Of a stretch of DNA of 25,348 bases, positions 22,609-25,348 are shown in pieces. The position numbers were made by a program, and so were the translations under genes. Where the stretch lies: NCBI GenBank assembly GCA_031364845.1, contig JANLWX010000200.1, forward strand, positions 1 to 25,348, in the 5' to 3' direction. Source of the stretch: Candidatus Eiseniibacteriota bacterium. GTDB lineage: Bacteria; Eisenbacteria; RBG-16-71-46. How positions within the stretch are numbered: position 1 is the stretch's first letter; each line of letters begins with the position of its first letter. A model generated the notes under the pieces. It was given only the letters and a program-made list of their open reading frames with translations, was not told the origin of the DNA and ran no database searches.

Positions 22609-25347
22609 GTGCCCCAGAACCGCAATTCACTTAATCATTTGCTGACGTTCACCCTTTTTCTTTTCCTGGGCTTTACAGGTCGATCCTGGAGCGCAGAACG
22701 CCCGGCTTTGGATCGTGCCATGTCATCGAGGGCGAACCCCTCTGCCCAAGCGGCCCTCCATCGCGCGATGGCCGACCCGGCGCTCCGCGCGGTCGGACGG
22801 GTTTCGCAGACCGAGTCGCGTTACGCCTTGCCTACATTTCTGTGGGCGACCGGATCGGGGACGCCCTCGCGCCGCTCATCCGGCGCCTCCGCGCGCCGTG
22901 TCATCCGCCCGACCGCCGACGCCGCGCGCGCACACATGAGCCGCGTCGCACCGTTCTATCGCCTGAACGCGACCGACATTCGCGAGGCTACCGTACGCAG
23001 GGTTCACGACACGGGCCGCGGCGGCACGATCGCGAGCATGAGCCAGGTGATCGACGGCGTCGAAGTGTTCCGCGACGGGATGAACGTGTTGATGGACCGC
23101 AATCAGGAACTGGTCGCTGTGTCCGGTTATCTCCCGAGCCGCGATCTGCTCGGCCGCGGTGCGGCGCGCAGCTTCCGGCTTTCCGCGAGCGAGGCGACGG
23201 CGAAGGCGCTCGAAGACTTCACCGGCCTCGGCGTGGGTGCGGGTCTGGTGCGCGCGGTTTCAGGCGGACGCGGCGGCTATCAGGCGCTCGAAGTCGCGAG
23301 CGCGATTCCGGGTCTGGTACTGAGCCAGCCGCTGCGCGCGAAGCGCGTGTGGTTCCATCTGCCCGAGTTGTTGGTGCCGGCGTACTACGTCGAAGTGCTC
23401 GGCGACGATGACTCCTACGCCTACGTGATCGGCGCCGCCGACGGCGAAGTGCTGTTCCGTAAGGATCTCGTGGTCAGCGATTCCTTCACCTATCGCGTGT
23501 GGGCGGATGGAGCGGCGCCGAACATTCCGTGGGACGGTCCGCAGGGCACGGCCCCTTCGCCGCATCCGACCGGCTCGCCGAACCTCTACAACCCGCCGTT
23601 CGTCGCCCCGAATCTCGTCACCCTTCAGAACGGTCCGATCTCGACCAACGATCCGTGGCTTGCGCCCGGCGCGACGCAGACGCTCGGCAACAACGTCGAT
23701 GCCTATGCCGACCTGTTCTCTCCGGACGGTTTCTCCGGCAGCGACTTCCGCGCCTCGACCACGGCGCCCGGCACGTTCGACCGCGCCTACGACACCAGCC
23801 TTTCGCCGAGTGCCAGCAGCACACAGCGCATGGCCTCGGTCACTCAGTTGTTCTTCACCAACAACTTCCTCCACGACTGGTTCTACGATGCGGGCTTCGA
23901 CGAGGCGTCGGGCAACGCGCAGGCGGCGAACTTCGGCCGCGGTGGCATCGAGAACGACCGGCTGCGCGCCGAAGCGCAGGACTACGGCGGCACCAACAAC
24001 GCCAACATGAGCACGCCCGCCGACGGCGGCGCGCCGCGCATGCAGATGTACGTGTTCAACCGCCCGATCGCCAACGTCACCGTGACCGCACCTGGGGCGA
24101 TCGCCGGCAGCTATCTCGCGGGCACCGCGAGTTTCGGGCCCCAGACGTTCTCGGTGTCGGGCGTGGTGGTGGCGGCGGTCGACGGCTCGGCTCCGAGCGG
24201 TGACGCCTGCAGCCCGCTGATCAACAATGTGATCGGCAAGATCGTGCTGATCGATCGCAGCAACTGCGGATACGTCACGCAGGTGCTGAACGCGCAGGCC
24301 GCGGGTGCGATCGGGGCGATCATCGTCGACAGCTTCAACCATGGCACCGCGCCCGGCATGACCGGCAGCGGAACGGTTTCGATCCCGGTCGTGTCGCTGA
24401 CCCAGGCCCAGGGCAACACGATCAAGGCTCAACTCGGTGGCGGCGTGACCGCGACGATCGCGCGTTCCACGTCGGTCTCGCGCGACGGCACGATCGACAA
24501 CATGATCGTGTCCCACGAGTGGGGCCACTACATCAGCAACCGGCTGGTCGGCAACGGCGGCGGTCTCTCGACTCAGCATTCGGGTGGCATGGGTGAGGGA
24601 TGGGGCGACTTCCACGCGTTGCTGCTGACCGCGCGCGCGGGCGATAACTTCAACGGTGTGTACCCGATCGGTTCCTACGCGCTCACGAATTCAACCGGCC
24701 CGATGAACGCCTACTACTACGGCATCCGGCGCTATCCGTACTCGACCAACATGACGAAGAACCCGCTCACGTTCCAACACATTCAAAACGGCGTGCCGCT
24801 GCCGGTCGGTCCGCCGGTCGCCTCGGGCTCGGACGGTACTGCCAACGCCGAAGTGCATCGCACCGGCGAAGTGTGGTGCGCGATGCTGTGGGAGTGCTAC
24901 GCGGCACTGCTCAACGATTCGGGACGTCTGCCGTTCGCCGTCGCGCAGCAGCGCATGACCGACTACCTGGTCGCCAGCTACAAGATGACGCCCAACGCGC
25001 CGACCTTCACCGAAGCCCGCGATGCTTTGCTCGCCGCGGCGGCCGCCAACGATCCCGCCGATCTCGCGGCGTTCTGGGCCGCGTTCGCCAAGCGTGGCGC
25101 CGGCACCGGCGCGATCTCGCCGGATCGCAACACGCTCGACAACGTTCCGGTCGTCGAGAGCTACACCGTGGGCGGTGACCTCGCGGTCACTGACGTGTCG
25201 TTCGACCCCGCGCTGTTCTCGTGCGACGGCGACGGCTATCTCGACAACGGGGATGTTGTCGAGCGTGTTGCGATCCGGCGAGATCGCGCCGGTGCCGGCG
25301 CCACGCTTGGCGAACGCGGCCCAGAACGCCGCGAGATCGGCGGGATC
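22609..25347 (+). CDS. Secreted M36 (fungalysin/thermolysin-like) metallopeptidase with propeptide and PA domain; 3'-truncated and not in the ORF track
   Basis: Manual frame-1 translation from GTG 22609 (SD AGGAAGG): signal-like MPQNRNSLNHLLTFTLFLFLGFTGRSWSA; propeptide LPTFLWA and QVIDGVEVF; HDWFYDAGFDEASGNAQ; NNANMSTPADGGAPRMQMY; PA-like GKIVLIDRSNC; HEWGH (24514-24528); GMGEGWGDF; EVHRTGEVW. No stop before the window end. Sequence after about 25254 is probably artefactual. Confidence 0.88.
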   Translation, partial: MPQNRNSLNHLLTFTLFLFLGFTGRSWSAERPALDRAMSSRANPSAQAALHRAMADPALRAVGRVSQTESRYALPTFLWATGSGTPSRRSSGASARRVIRPTADAARAHMSRVAPFYRLNATDIREATVRRVHDTGRGGTIASMSQVIDGVEVFRDGMNVLMDRNQELVAVSGYLPSRDLLGRGAARSFRLSASEATAKALEDFTGLGVGAGLVRAVSGGRGGYQALEVASAIPGLVLSQPLRAKRVWFHLPELLVPAYYVEVLGDDDSYAYVIGAADGEVLFRKDLVVSDSFTYRVWADGAAPNIPWDGPQGTAPSPHPTGSPNLYNPPFVAPNLVTLQNGPISTNDPWLAPGATQTLGNNVDAYADLFSPDGFSGSDFRASTTAPGTFDRAYDTSLSPSASSTQRMASVTQLFFTNNFLHDWFYDAGFDEASGNAQAANFGRGGIENDRLRAEAQDYGGTNNANMSTPADGGAPRMQMYVFNRPIANVTVTAPGAIAGSYLAGTASFGPQTFSVSGVVVAAVDGSAPSGDACSPLINNVIGKIVLIDRSNCGYVTQVLNAQAAGAIGAIIVDSFNHGTAPGMTGSGTVSIPVVSLTQAQGNTIKAQLGGGVTATIARSTSVSRDGTIDNMIVSHEWGHYISNRLVGNGGGLSTQHSGGMGEGWGDFHALLLTARAGDNFNGVYPIGSYALTNSTGPMNAYYYGIRRYPYSTNMTKNPLTFQHIQNGVPLPVGPPVASGSDGTANAEVHRTGEVWCAMLWECYAALLNDSGRLPFAVAQQRMTDYLVASYKMTPNAPTFTEARDALLAAAAANDPADLAAFWAAFAKRGAGTGAISPDRNTLDNVPVVESYTVGGDLAVTDVSFDPALFSCDGDGYLDNGDVVERVAIRRDRAGAGATLGERGPERREIGGI

Positions 25348-25348
25348 G
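25050..25348. repeat. Perfect 94-bp inverted duplication (25050-25143 vs 25255-25348); probable fold-back chimera
   Basis: The last 94 nt of the window are the exact reverse complement of 25050-25143, which is ordinary M36 coding sequence. Confidence 0.9.

Noticed and set aside
13246..24615. Antisense or alternate-frame ORFs over the M48, act and M36 genes (e.g. 13246-14808 -, 15444-16820 -, 18584-19873 -, 21151-22491 -, 22842-23411 +, 23260-24615 -)
   Set aside because: Shadows of the real + strand genes; the true frame at 22.6-25.3 kb is frame 1.
25050..25348. MITE or transposon terminal inverted repeats
   Set aside because: The left copy is in-frame protease coding sequence with no target-site duplication, and the right copy runs exactly to the window end.

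Overview
High-GC bacterial chromosomal window, probably a whole contig: it starts inside a likely IS end and ends in a 94-bp fold-back that looks like an artefact. From left to right: (1) the right end of a probable IS1202/ISNCY-type insertion sequence; (2) a + strand operon with an OsmC-VOC fusion, class II fumarase and a PLP Ser/Thr-dehydratase-family enzyme; (3) a convergent - strand sugar-phosphate operon, glk-tkt-[VOC protein with a histone-H1-like Lys/Arg pentapeptide tail]-tal-pgi, in which tal and pgi are in frame and separated by one TAG plus 14 sense codons; (4) a divergent sulfur-carrier cysteine-synthesis operon (CysM-like synthase, Mec/JAMM protease, and a ubiquitin-like carrier fused through an internal Gly-Gly to an E1-rhodanese), followed by an M48 lipoprotein peptidase and a terminator-like hairpin; (5) a six-gene alternative complex III operon (actABCDEF) with a near-consensus sigma70 promoter and a Rex/CRP-like palindrome, whose ActB keeps a four-Cys FS0 motif; (6) a secreted M36 fungalysin-type metallopeptidase absent from the ORF track and truncated at the window end. 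The most interesting candidates are the CysO-MoeZ polyprotein with its JAMM protease, the polycationic VOC protein inside the pentose phosphate operon, and the FS0-bearing ActB. All assignments come from recognising motifs by eye; no database searches were run.
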